Source of the DNA: Octopus vulgaris
Lineage: Eukaryota
Direction of reading: 5' to 3'
DNA: 64,000 nucleotides
Assembly: GCA_951406725.2 (NCBI GenBank)
Contig: OX597838.1
Span: 496,001-560,000 of the forward strand
In this document: one piece after another, positions 52,282 through 64,000 of the stretch
Numbering within the stretch: the stretch's first letter is position 1
How the letters are laid out: each line of letters opens with the position of its first letter
The notes under the pieces: model-generated
Databases searched by the model: none
Told to the model about the DNA's origin: nothing
What the model saw: the letters and a program-made list of their open reading frames with translations, nothing else
Made by a program: the position numbers and the translations under genes

Positions 52282-53389
52282 ATATACGCAATGTATGTGT
52301 ATGTAGCACGTGACCGAGCTACTGGAAAGGGGACAGACAGTGTCCCCCTGGGGAGGTGGACTAAATTACTCAGCAATTTTTCACTTCCTGGTGGTGGTGT
52401 GGTGGTGGTGGTGGATGTGATGTATCCGTTTGAACACATGGATCACAACTGCAGATGTAAACACAGTCTGTGTGTATATATACTGTCTGGACACACACAC
52501 ACACACACACACGTCACAAATATATAATCATAAACATATAATATATAATATATTGTATAATATATTCAATAGCTCTTGTGTTCTGCAGGATTTAAACAGG
52601 ACACACACACACACACGTTTGTGTGTGTGAATCCGTTTCATGCCAGGCTCCCGGCTTTCGTGCATTAAAACTTGAGTCACCACCACCACCACCCCGCCAC
52701 CTGCTGTGTGTCACCAACAACCGAAGTCTGCTGCTGCTGCTGCTGCTGCTGCTGCAGTGTTTCCAAAACTTGTGGCCACCCTGTCAGAGACTTCATTTCT
52801 CCCCTGCCCCATCACCGCCACCCCTCCTCCTTCCACCCTTTCTAGCAACCTTCACATTTCAAGGTCGACCCTTATTAATTAATGGAAGGGCTCCAGTTAT
52901 TTTAATTAACTAAAAGTACACAATTAGAAGTTAATAAGAAATTCTAATGAAACAAGGACAGCAACTCATTTGGAAATAGAGGTTAAGGAATGCAGTAGGG
53001 GAGGGAGTGGAGACTTTGGTAACAAGAACCACAACTCTGGACATGTTTGAACGTTATTAGACCTCGTCAGCAAAGTATAGCTAGAATCTCTCACTTCCCT
53101 CACCCTTTCTCTCTCTCTCTCATATATACATATATATATATATGTAGTGTGTGTGTGTGTTGTAAATAATCAGTAGCTAACATGATAACCTGAAATAAGG
53201 AAATAAAGAAACAAAGAAGCCAAGTAGGGAAAAGCGTGACCCCGCTGGAGCTTTCCACTGAGCCTTTATCATTCTTTAGTTTATTACATTTCAACCCTCC
53301 GTCTCTGCATCTTCCGAAAATAAACATTTCCTGCTACGTCACCGCCGCCACAGCTACTCGCAAACGCCTCCACCACCACCACCACCACC

Positions 53390-53420
<31 letters not shown>

Positions 53421-53757
53421 CTAACTACAACAATTCAACTCACTGCTTACATAATGTTTCTTTACTTGATTCCATTTTCAATTATCGGACTCTTCGATCG
53501 TTTTATCTTTATAAAGGTGGAAACACTGACGGTACCCATCCACCCATGCCACATACTTACTACACACTGTTTGTTGTTCCCTCATCTCTTGTCTCTGTCT
53601 TTTGTTTCTTTTGTTCACTTTTGGGCCACACACACACACACACACACACAACTTACAATTCAGCCATTATTGGCGCATACCTTGTCTATCTTCCTAACGT
53701 CGCTTGATGTGGTTTTGAAAGGCATCTTTCTACACACACAGACAAGTACAGATGCAT

Positions 53758-53801
<44 letters not shown>

Positions 53802-53857
53802 GCATAGATGCATAAACACATCCTCACTCATATACGAAAGTAATATTTTCATCTCAA

Positions 53858-54047
53858 GTCAGCCGGTCTGTTGACCGAATCGTTAGCTCGCCGGACAAAA
53901 TGCTTAGCGATTTTTCATCTGTCCCTAAGTTCTGAATTCAAATTCCACCAAAGTTGATTTTGCCTTTCATTTTCTCGGGGTCGATAAATAAATACCAGCT
54001 GAGCACTGAGATCGATGTAATCGATCCCCCCCCCCCGATATTTGAAA
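53858..54047 (+). mobile_element. SINE family A
   Basis: gaatcgttagctcgccggacaaaatgcttagcg...ttttgcctttcat...gatgtaatcga. Confidence 0.75.
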
Positions 54048-55695
54048 CCTATATTTTCATCTCAAGTTTTATATCCCAATCTGATACTATCAAGATATTT
54101 TACTTTATGATAAGGCCAAGTATTCAACCGGCATCATCGTCGTCTATCGCAGCTTCCTCTTGCTTCGGACCCAATAGTTGACTCTTCATATATCCCGTTA
54201 TATCATCATGTCATAAGTTTATGACATATCCTAGTCATATGTTTTCATATAAGATACTTTCTAAGGCGTATATATAAATCTTTGATATTTCCAAAAAGTA
54301 TATCTTAATTTGTGACTCTGCAATATCTCTTAGTATCTTAATATTTGACACCTGAAAGTGATATATCTTAGCCTGCGTCATTAGTGATAAGTCATAACTT
54401 GTGACATTAATAAACCATAAATTGTAACCTACGACTCTCCCCGAGTCCGACATTGTGATCTCTGACTCGACAAAGTCACATAATGTCATTCAATTTTAGT
54501 GAATTCAATATCTTAAAGGATTGCTGGAAGTTTATTCATGTAACGTTTATTTAGTTTTACACAAATGTATTTTGGGTTAACCATGTCAGTCTGACAATAT
54601 TGCTGTACAATATAAACAAGCTGCGACACATCGAAGTGGCACAGTAACCCACTTGACGGCCTAACATTACAGATCCAGTTTATTTAACAACAAAAAGTGA
54701 CTCTTTTGGAAATGAATACGTTTTAATAACTTTGTTTCCTTCCTCCATTTCCCCCCTGTCTTAATTTTTGAAACCTCGATACTTCGTTTGTAAACGTTTT
54801 CAGAATAAAATATTTTTCAGAGAAAACCTATTTTAGAAGATGAAGTTACTGGTATGCACATTTCATAAATCTGTTTGATGTGACGAGTAAAATGATAGGG
54901 ATTCATGGAACAACTGGGATTTGAGAAACCAGAAAATGATTCATTATTTCAATAATCTTTGGATGAAATCCTTGCCACAGCATCTTCGTAGTTTTAATAA
55001 CCCGAGACGAGTTGGGAAACGGTAAACAATAAGAACACCGAGAACAACATTAATAGATGCATTATTCCTTTAAAATGGTCCTTAAAGACTGGAAACATTT
55101 AAAGAGAGAAACGACACACAAATGGACATTTTTCTTCCTTGACATAATAAGTTCCTACCCACCGAAATAATTCTCCAAAGGGAACCACGCCCTATCTTAC
55201 CCCACAACCAATCTTGCATTTTTAACAGTTCTTGTATGAAACTTAATGTTTTAGTATCTCACGAGAAAAACAAACTTTCAGCCCCCCTTCCCACCCACTA
55301 CACACCCATGCACACACGCACATACATATATATATACATGTATATATACATATACACACTGGCTGGTAGTATTACACTGGTGTAGAATACAATTAAGCGA
55401 GAAAATGTCTTCAATGCTTTGAGAGAAAAAAAAAAAGGGAAAAGATTTATTCAAAGTTAGGACTGTTTTTCATACTCTCGATCCTCAGGCAATATTATAC
55501 ACTCATACACACAAGCAGATATACACACACAAATATATATTATATATACACACATTCACACATATAAACCACCGCACGAACGCTAATTACACCAATCAAA
55601 CACCACCAATGTTAGCTTCTTCCTTCTTTGCTCGCCTCTACCCACTTTGTGTGTGTGTGTGCGTGTGTATATATATATATACACACATATATATA

Positions 55696-55795
55696 TAGTG
55701 ACACAGCTATATTTAAGGAAATGCACATAGACAAACATAAATATATATATTTGTGTTTGTCTATGTCCATTTCCTTAAATATAGCTGTGTCACTA
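55696..55795. repeat. 100-bp near-perfect palindrome
   Basis: 50-bp arms with 2 mismatches (55724/55767 and 55738/55753), centred in (AT)n, TA at both ends. Confidence 0.92.
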
Positions 55796-57618
55796 CTTCT
55801 GTGTGTGTGTGTACGTGAGTGTGTATATATTTGTATCTTCATACATGTTAGAAGTGTTGAAAGCCAAGCGAGGTCGGCCGAGACCTGGTTACTAGAACCT
55901 TAATACAACAGACCTATTTCAATGGTGGGCATAGTCTGTCCTGGTCACTGTGAGTCCGTAGAGTCCACTCAGGGAAAGGATTGGAGGCAAATTCGATCTG
56001 TTTCTGGTTCGATGCCCTCCACCAGGCCGTTGAGCCGTCTTAAGCATAGTCCATTCAGTTGCAAGTATTTGGTCTCCAGTCTAAGAACTCCACCTCAAGA
56101 ATCTCCGAAACCCTAAAAAATGTTCGCGTGTTGGCCCGCCAATTAACAACAAAACAGCAGTGTGTGTAGTTGGAGGTGGGGTCAGAATAGACTTACGGTC
56201 CAAAATTCTAACAAGCTGAGGTGTGATGTCGTGTTAACTGTCAAGGTAAAGGGGGTAGATTTCACACGATAAAGTATTTGAATATATCACGTGATATTAA
56301 CTGGGAAGAGTTTTAGGCCATGGGAATTATTTCCCTTGTTCACTTGGTTTTAAAAAACAATAACCAGCAAATTTTTTATGTAAAGCACTTTATCAAATAA
56401 CAAGGCAGGCTTGAAAGGACAATTTGACTCCTTGATATAAAATAGTTGATATCACGTGGCAACAAGTACAACAACGAGGACTTTTTTTTTCTTTTAAAGT
56501 AACACCAGAAGGTTAGACACAGGAACAAAACCAACAAATGCACAACGATGTTGAGATAAAATATTGTGGTTCTCGCCAAGAAGGTAAGCTCCTGTTATAT
56601 TTAATGACCTTCGAGCACTGTCTGCTACTTAAGTGAACTGTTATGACATCTCAGCCAATTCGAGTGGTTGCTCTAACATCACAGACATATTAAAAATAAC
56701 GGTGGTAACTTCTTCCGTTGTATTCCTACTCCTTACCAGATGCTTATAGGTCTACATTTAGGGATTAGACACCTAAAACTATAGAATTAATTTAATAACT
56801 ATTTTACAAGAAAACTGCTAAATTATTTCCCAACTATAAGTAAATACAATCGGTCATTCTTCCATATTTTCGTCCATCTCTTTTACAAATACCTATCTAG
56901 TTATATGGTTCTGTCAAGCTGAGCTCTTCCTGTCCTACATCTTGTCCAATTATCCCTAACGCCTCACTTTCTCTCCCACCCTTTTCCTCCTCCTCCTCCT
57001 CTAATATCTCTCCTACCCCATTTCTATCCTTTATGTCTTTTTCGCTTACTTTCTATTCAGACAACACCTTGTCTCCATACTCATTGATGTCTTCCGGTCT
57101 CCATACTCAGACGTTTCCCCGAGCAACCATACTTACCGGAAGTGACTTCGCAGCTACTTTCTGCGTTTCACTTTTTAGTCACCTCAACGTCTATATGTCT
57201 TCCTTCACCCCTACACCGTCTACCTGCCCCTCCCTGCAGTTCTTTCTCATTAGGAGCATTACACAATGTGATCACTCCGCTTGCAAGAAATAACAGCAAA
57301 CTACACTTCAAAAGAGAAACACACTAGAGAAAGTCACTCTTAACCACTGGCTAAACAAAAGATGGGATAGTCGTAGCGGTTTCGAATTCGATGAGCGGCA
57401 CCTAGCTTTACGCTTGGCTAAGACGCGTAAATCTGGTAGGTTCGGTGTATTGGGCTGTGAGTTTTTTGCACCAAGAATCGCCGTTGGTCGACAGATTGCT
57501 CTCGTTAGTTGATAAACCACGTGGCTGAGAAATGAATTTGTTAACCACTCGACCACGCCTTCGGTTAAATAACACACTTCTTAACCACGCGGTTATGTCT
57601 GTGACCCCCTAATTATTA

Positions 57619-57649
<31 letters not shown>

Positions 57650-57856
57650 ATCATTTATCTTTTACTTGTCTCAACCATTTGCAGGGACATCGCCTTGAAG
57701 AATTGTAGGTCGGCCGAATTGATCCCCAGCACTTTTTTTTTAACTAGTACTTATTCTATCGGTTCTTTTACCGAACCGCTAGTTTACGTGGATGTAAACG
57801 CCACACCGGTTGTCAAGCAGTTGTCAAATACTGGCACGAACATACATACACATATA

Positions 57857-57886
<30 letters not shown>

Positions 57887-57887
<1 letters not shown>

Positions 57888-58030
57888 GATGGGTTTCTTT
57901 CAGTTTCCATCTACAAAATCCATTCACAAGGCTACAAGGCTTTAGCCAGTCCGAGGCTATAGTAGAAGACACTTGTCCAAGGTGCCATACGGTGGGACTG
58001 ACCCTGCAACTACGTGTTTGAAAGCAAACA
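57887..58030 (-). mobile_element. tRNA-derived SINE (family B)
   Basis: gggtttctttcagtttccatctac...gaggctatagtagaagacacttgtccaaggtgcca...gtgggactgacc. Confidence 0.75.
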
Positions 58031-58749
58031 GCTACGCGTGACATCCGTTACTCTTAGAGCTCCATATAGATTTCCATAATCCAATCTGCTTTCTGTAGAG
58101 TTATTAGTAAACGTCTACACCGAGTCCTTAGCTGAGAGCTACAGAGCTACAAATGTAGCGGAATCAAATCAAATGTTTCCCGATATTCTGCTGTGGTTGA
58201 GCAATTCGAATACCTATTCTAGGGCTTCTGACTGTAAATTGATAACACCATAGAAAATAGGGGCCACAGTACATAAGGAAAGGTGGTTGTGTTGCAGAAA
58301 CAGGATCAAAGTAAAACTAAATTTATATCAAAGTCGTGTTAGAAGTTGACGTGGACCGGAGCCAAACGAGAAGGGCAGGGTTGGACTGGCAGTATCGCTA
58401 GGAGAGGGGATTGAAATATTTTGCACTTTTTTTACTTCGGCCTAAGACTCTCTGAGATCACATCCAGCCGGTATCAACTTCGCTTTTCTTACATCACGTG
58501 GTCAATAAAAATAAAGTACCAGTCATAGACTGGTGTCAATCCAATCGATTCTAACCCATCCTCAATATGTGGCCTTGTTTCATTGAGGGGGTGGGCATGG
58601 TGAGGGTGATTTTTGTTAAGATAATAGTATACTAGTAGTAACAGGAGGGGAGGGGAAGTAGTGGAGGGTGAGAGGTAAAACACCCCCATCCTAAAGAGAG
58701 ACACGTTATTTTGTGGTGGTGGTGTCAGCTGATGTAGAAGTTGAAACAT

Positions 58750-59125
<376 letters not shown>

Positions 59126-59233
59126 ACTCATATATAACTGTTATACACTGTGGACGTCTAATTGACTTTTGTTGTCTTTTCCTTTTTGTATCTTTAATTT
59201 GCCATATGTGTGTGCGTTTGTGTGTGTGTGTGC

Positions 59234-59317
<84 letters not shown>

Positions 59318-60865
59318 TGCGTGTGTTGCACTTCGTCGCACGATAGCACATCTACTTCAAAGACACTTGCGGATGAAGGGCAGCAAACTACATAACTTTT
59401 AGACTCAATGACTGTTGAGATCATTTCTTACTTTCCACATTGATACCAGCTGTATACTGGGATATATACTGGGATTTCAAAATTTGCTTTGTATCAAGTT
59501 TAAAAAATGACCCAATAACTTTTACCTGCTTCTTCCTCTTTTTTATCCTTTCGCATTCCTCGTGCCCCGCCCCCCCTCCTCTGCTTCTCTCGGCTCCGCT
59601 GTGACGTCTTCCCGCTTCTCCTCATTCAAGCAGGTTGTGATGATTCTCTGAACACCACGACCAAACTGAACAAGGACAAGCAGGGCAACAGGTTCACGGG
59701 GTGTTTTTTGTTTTTCTTTCCCCAACGATTTGTCTCATCTTCATCACCATGGTAACGGTCTGCTGCTGTTGGTGACGAAGGTACGGATGAAGACATTCAT
59801 CCCGTCACTGCTTTCTTCTAGATTGCTATGCCTACTGGCTGCAGCTGCTGTCAGTGGTGAAGGAAGTAGGTTTACGTTTCAGTATCAGGGTTGGCTTAGT
59901 ACATTTTCAAGTGGTAGTAGTAGTAGTAGTAGTAGTAGTACATAAGACAGGGAGGGTGTTTCGACATTTGTGCCAGTGGTGTAATAGTAGTATTGGTAGT
60001 GGTACCATTGTGGTGGTACCAAGTAAATAGAATCAATGGTCTGATAGTAATTGTTGCATGTAGTAGTAGTTGTTGTTGTTGTTGTTGATGTAGCAATGGT
60101 GGTGGTGTGGTGATAGCAATGCTGTAGTGGTGTTGTAGAAGTGACCGTTAGTGTTATGGTGGAAGTGTTGTCGAGATGATAATTTTGTGGTGTTGCGAAG
60201 ATATTTGAAATAAACCCCTTCCACCCCTCTGCGTCCTTCATCCCAAATCGATGGGCACAAATAATATTGCTTCTGGGTAAACATGTGATCTTCTGGATGG
60301 ATTCGGTTGGAACTTGCCGCCGGCCACGACGGAGTCAAAAGGAGCAAACCCCATCCCTCCTACCCATCCTTCAAATTTTTCACACAAAGAGAAAGTAAAA
60401 GGATTTCTCTGTGGTCTCTTGTCTATGAAGTGAGTCAGACCCGACGGGGTGGCCTGCGGCAGCGGAATTGCAAGAAAGTACGAAACAGTGGAGCAGTTAT
60501 ATAAGTGGTGATGCGAGGGAGGAAGGGCGGGATGCAGAAGGGAGGAAGAAAGACTGGGAGATGTTTAAGTAGGATTAAGTGGGTAGGCGCCACCAGGTAC
60601 CTTTCGAGGGCCAGGCCACACTTGGCGCCACGATACATCTATTGCACACACGCACACACGCCTGTGCGTTTAGGGTTTAATCGTGGCCGTTGTATAACTG
60701 CTTATTTTGTCATCATTTGTGTGTTGTGTGTATAATGTGAGACTCAATTAGCCTCTCACACTGTGTGAGCATTTGTATGTCATATTCTGAAGTGTATACA
60801 ATTATGTATTTATGTATATGCTGTACCGATGTGTGAGAACTGGGGATTTGCACTGTATGTGTATA

Positions 60866-60903
<38 letters not shown>

Positions 60904-61270
60904 AGAGAGAAAGAGAGAGAGAGAAACAGACTGACAGACAGGGAGAGACTGTGTGTGTGTGTGTGTGTAGGAAGGTTTTAAATATCGCGACTGAAGGCGG
61001 GTATGAGAAGAGAGGGTAACTTGATAAGTCTGACATTCCTGCAGACGATAGAAATCTGGGGTGGAGGAAGAATTTTCAAAAGCCAGCATCGCCATCATCG
61101 CCACCTTCAAACATCATACTAGGTGCGAATCAACGAGGAAGCAGCCTTTATGAGTCACCCGACATGCTAGAAATAACAGTCAACCTTCCTTCAACCACAC
61201 TCTGCAGGATAGAAAAAAGGGCAACGAAAGGATTGATGGTCACCGCTAGAATAGACTTTACCAGTGTTTA

Positions 61271-61306
<36 letters not shown>

Positions 61307-61618
61307 TAATTTGCAGAAAGTTACTAATGTAACACATCAAAACCTCAGCCCGCGAGTGAGTAAGTTTTCTAACTTTGTACCAATGAAAAACAAGAACAGA
61401 AAAAATGCAGAAATCACACCATAAATTGAGTTCTATTGTGTTAGTTTTACCAGAACTATTACACACACACACACACACACAAACATATACATACATATAT
61501 ATGTATGGCCCCGGAAGTGGTTTGTATTTTTAAAGTTTCGGAATGAGAACGGAACATTTACAGATAATGGGAATTTATAGTTCCGAGGATCAGATTTGGT
61601 GTAAAAACTGACACTTCA

Positions 61619-61672
<54 letters not shown>

Positions 61673-61891
61673 GTATATCCGTGCTCCTCTGATATTAGTC
61701 TCCAGAGTGTCGGTAAGAGGAGATGGTGTCGTTCACCCTTTTTTCAGCCATGTCTTTTTATCTGTGTCATGAGGGAAGGTTGTGTGCGTGAATGGTATTG
61801 TGTATCAATACCGAAAGATTAATATGCATATATACATACCTATAGACACACACACACACATATATATATATATATTATATGCATGTATACA

Positions 61892-61938
<47 letters not shown>

Positions 61939-62203
61939 ATGTGTACATATATAATATATACATATAATATATATATATACATATATATAGTTTCGAATTT
62001 GTATAGAATAATATATAAGTTGAATAAAGTTAAAGCATAATCTGGTTTTTCTTGTGGTATTTTAACAAAATTAACGCTTCCCCACATTACTGTACTCGTT
62101 CGATTCCAAATGGTTCCTTCTAAGAGACACTGAAGTTGTCAAGAACGCAACTCTCAATTAAGCCCATTTGAAATCTGATGAGTACACCATGGATGAAAGT
62201 GCT

Positions 62204-62237
<34 letters not shown>

Positions 62238-62322
62238 TATATGTATGTAATATATAGATGTAACAGGTTATGTTACGGTTAAACTATTCAAACTCTGTGA
62301 GACAGTGTAATAATCAATATGG

Positions 62323-62384
<62 letters not shown>

Positions 62385-63205
62385 ACTGAAGTGAAAGAAG
62401 GGGGTGGGGTGGAGTCGGATGTAAAATAACAACAACAACAACAACAATAATACGAATATGTGTTGAAGCTAGAGGTTACAGTAACCGTGACTTTGTATAG
62501 TTTAGGTCGACGGATATTTAAGAGGGGGGGCGCCCCCTCTTCGTCGGCCTAGAGTTTAGGTTTAAAGAATGACTGCTGTGGTAGTGGTGGTGGTGGTGGT
62601 GGAGGCGGTTTCTCCACGTTTATTCAGCAGATGTTTCCTGAATATAACAATCACAACAACAACATCTTTATAATCTCTACTCCCCCCCCCCCACCACTAC
62701 ACTTTTGAGTGAATTTCATACAACGGAAGTAACTTCGAAAGATAGCAGCTAACTCACTCATACCTCTACACACACACACACACACACACAAACACACAGA
62801 CATATGGAGAGAGAGAAGTTTTAACAGAACCGTTATTTTTGACATTGAAAGCAAATCTAAAGAAATAGTCGAGCACGAAAAAAGCTTCAGCAAGTTCTTT
62901 GGCGAAGCGCGCCTCGCTCTGTGTGTATGGATACAAGTTGAATAAACGGTTAGGCGAAATTAGTAGGTCTAACATATATATAAATCATAGCAATCCTTCG
63001 ATATTAGTACACAACGGCATTCAACCACTCAAATTCCCTCATGTCAGATTAAGAGTCTAGACTGAAAAACAGGGTTAATAATGTCGTCACGTCATACCGA
63101 CACTCTCTAGGTCAATACCGAAGGAATGCATATATATATATATATATATATATATTTATGTACATAGTCACACACTCATACATACATATACATAGATATA
63201 TGTAT

Positions 63206-63247
<42 letters not shown>

Positions 63248-63248
63248 C

Positions 63249-63289
<41 letters not shown>

Positions 63290-63945
63290 ACATATAAATA
63301 TATATATATCATATATAATAATAATAATAATAATAGGGAGTATACCTCCAAACTTACAGAGAAAAATGCAATTTAGTATTAAATCAAATTTCATATATTT
63401 AGTAGACAGACCGATAGATAGATAGATAGACAGACAGATATATAATGTATGTGTGCGTGTGAAATGATTATGAGCGCGACTAGGAATGATGATGTGATGA
63501 AAACAGCAAATAATAATAATAATAATAGTAATAGTAATAATAAAATAATAATAATTATAATGTAACACCGGTAAACTGTATTCAATAAACGGTGATCAAT
63601 CGATAATATAATAGAGTTCAATAAATGGTGATCAAGTTTTCTATAATTGACAACAACAAAAACAAATATTTTTTTCTCCTTTCAGTGTCAGACACAGGAG
63701 GGGGGGGGGGTGGCTTATGTTATGATTGTTTTGGTTGCGGCAGTAATTGGTGTGGGTGATGGTGGTGGTGATGGTTATATTAAATTCTGTTGCCAAAATC
63801 TGCTGAACACAAGAGAGAGGGCCAGGAGGAGGAGGAGGGGGAGGATGGAGGATGGAGGATGGAGGTGGAAATTATACTGGCAGCAAAATAGGCATTCTTG
63901 AAAATCCATCCATCCATCCATACATACATATGTACGTACGTAAGT

Positions 63946-63993
<48 letters not shown>

Positions 63994-64000
63994 GCTGAAC

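Overview
Repeat- and microsatellite-rich animal genomic DNA. The SINE families and dense (TA)n/(CA)n/(ATT)n tracts suggest an octopod cephalopod (inference). Three intron-containing genes were reconstructed by hand from GT-AG sites and reading-frame phase. (1) HEATR6 orthologue, minus strand: coding exons 1-10 from ATG 12968, continuing off the left edge. (2) Complete delta-tubulin TUBD1, plus strand: 4 coding exons, 15844-27553, 450 aa, head-to-head with HEATR6. (3) A matrix metalloproteinase, minus strand: 7 exons, 41409-35086, covering catalytic domain, acidic hinge, hemopexin domain and a GPI-type tail. Its signal/pro-domain exons were not found, so 41410-64000 is probably one large intron. 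Introns hold SINEs, RTE LINE ends, a DD37D (maT) and a mariner DNA transposon, a hAT MITE and Helitron-like ends. The most notable non-genic signals are several minimal type I hammerhead-ribozyme motifs. One near-intact copy lies in the sense strand of TUBD1 intron 2. A palindromic, TSD-flanked, tRNA-headed element carrying two opposed hammerheads sits next to a HEATR6 splice acceptor. There are also two near-perfect 100-120 bp palindromes and an inverted repeat pair bracketing six MMP exons. Most ORFs in the supplied track are microsatellite artefacts.
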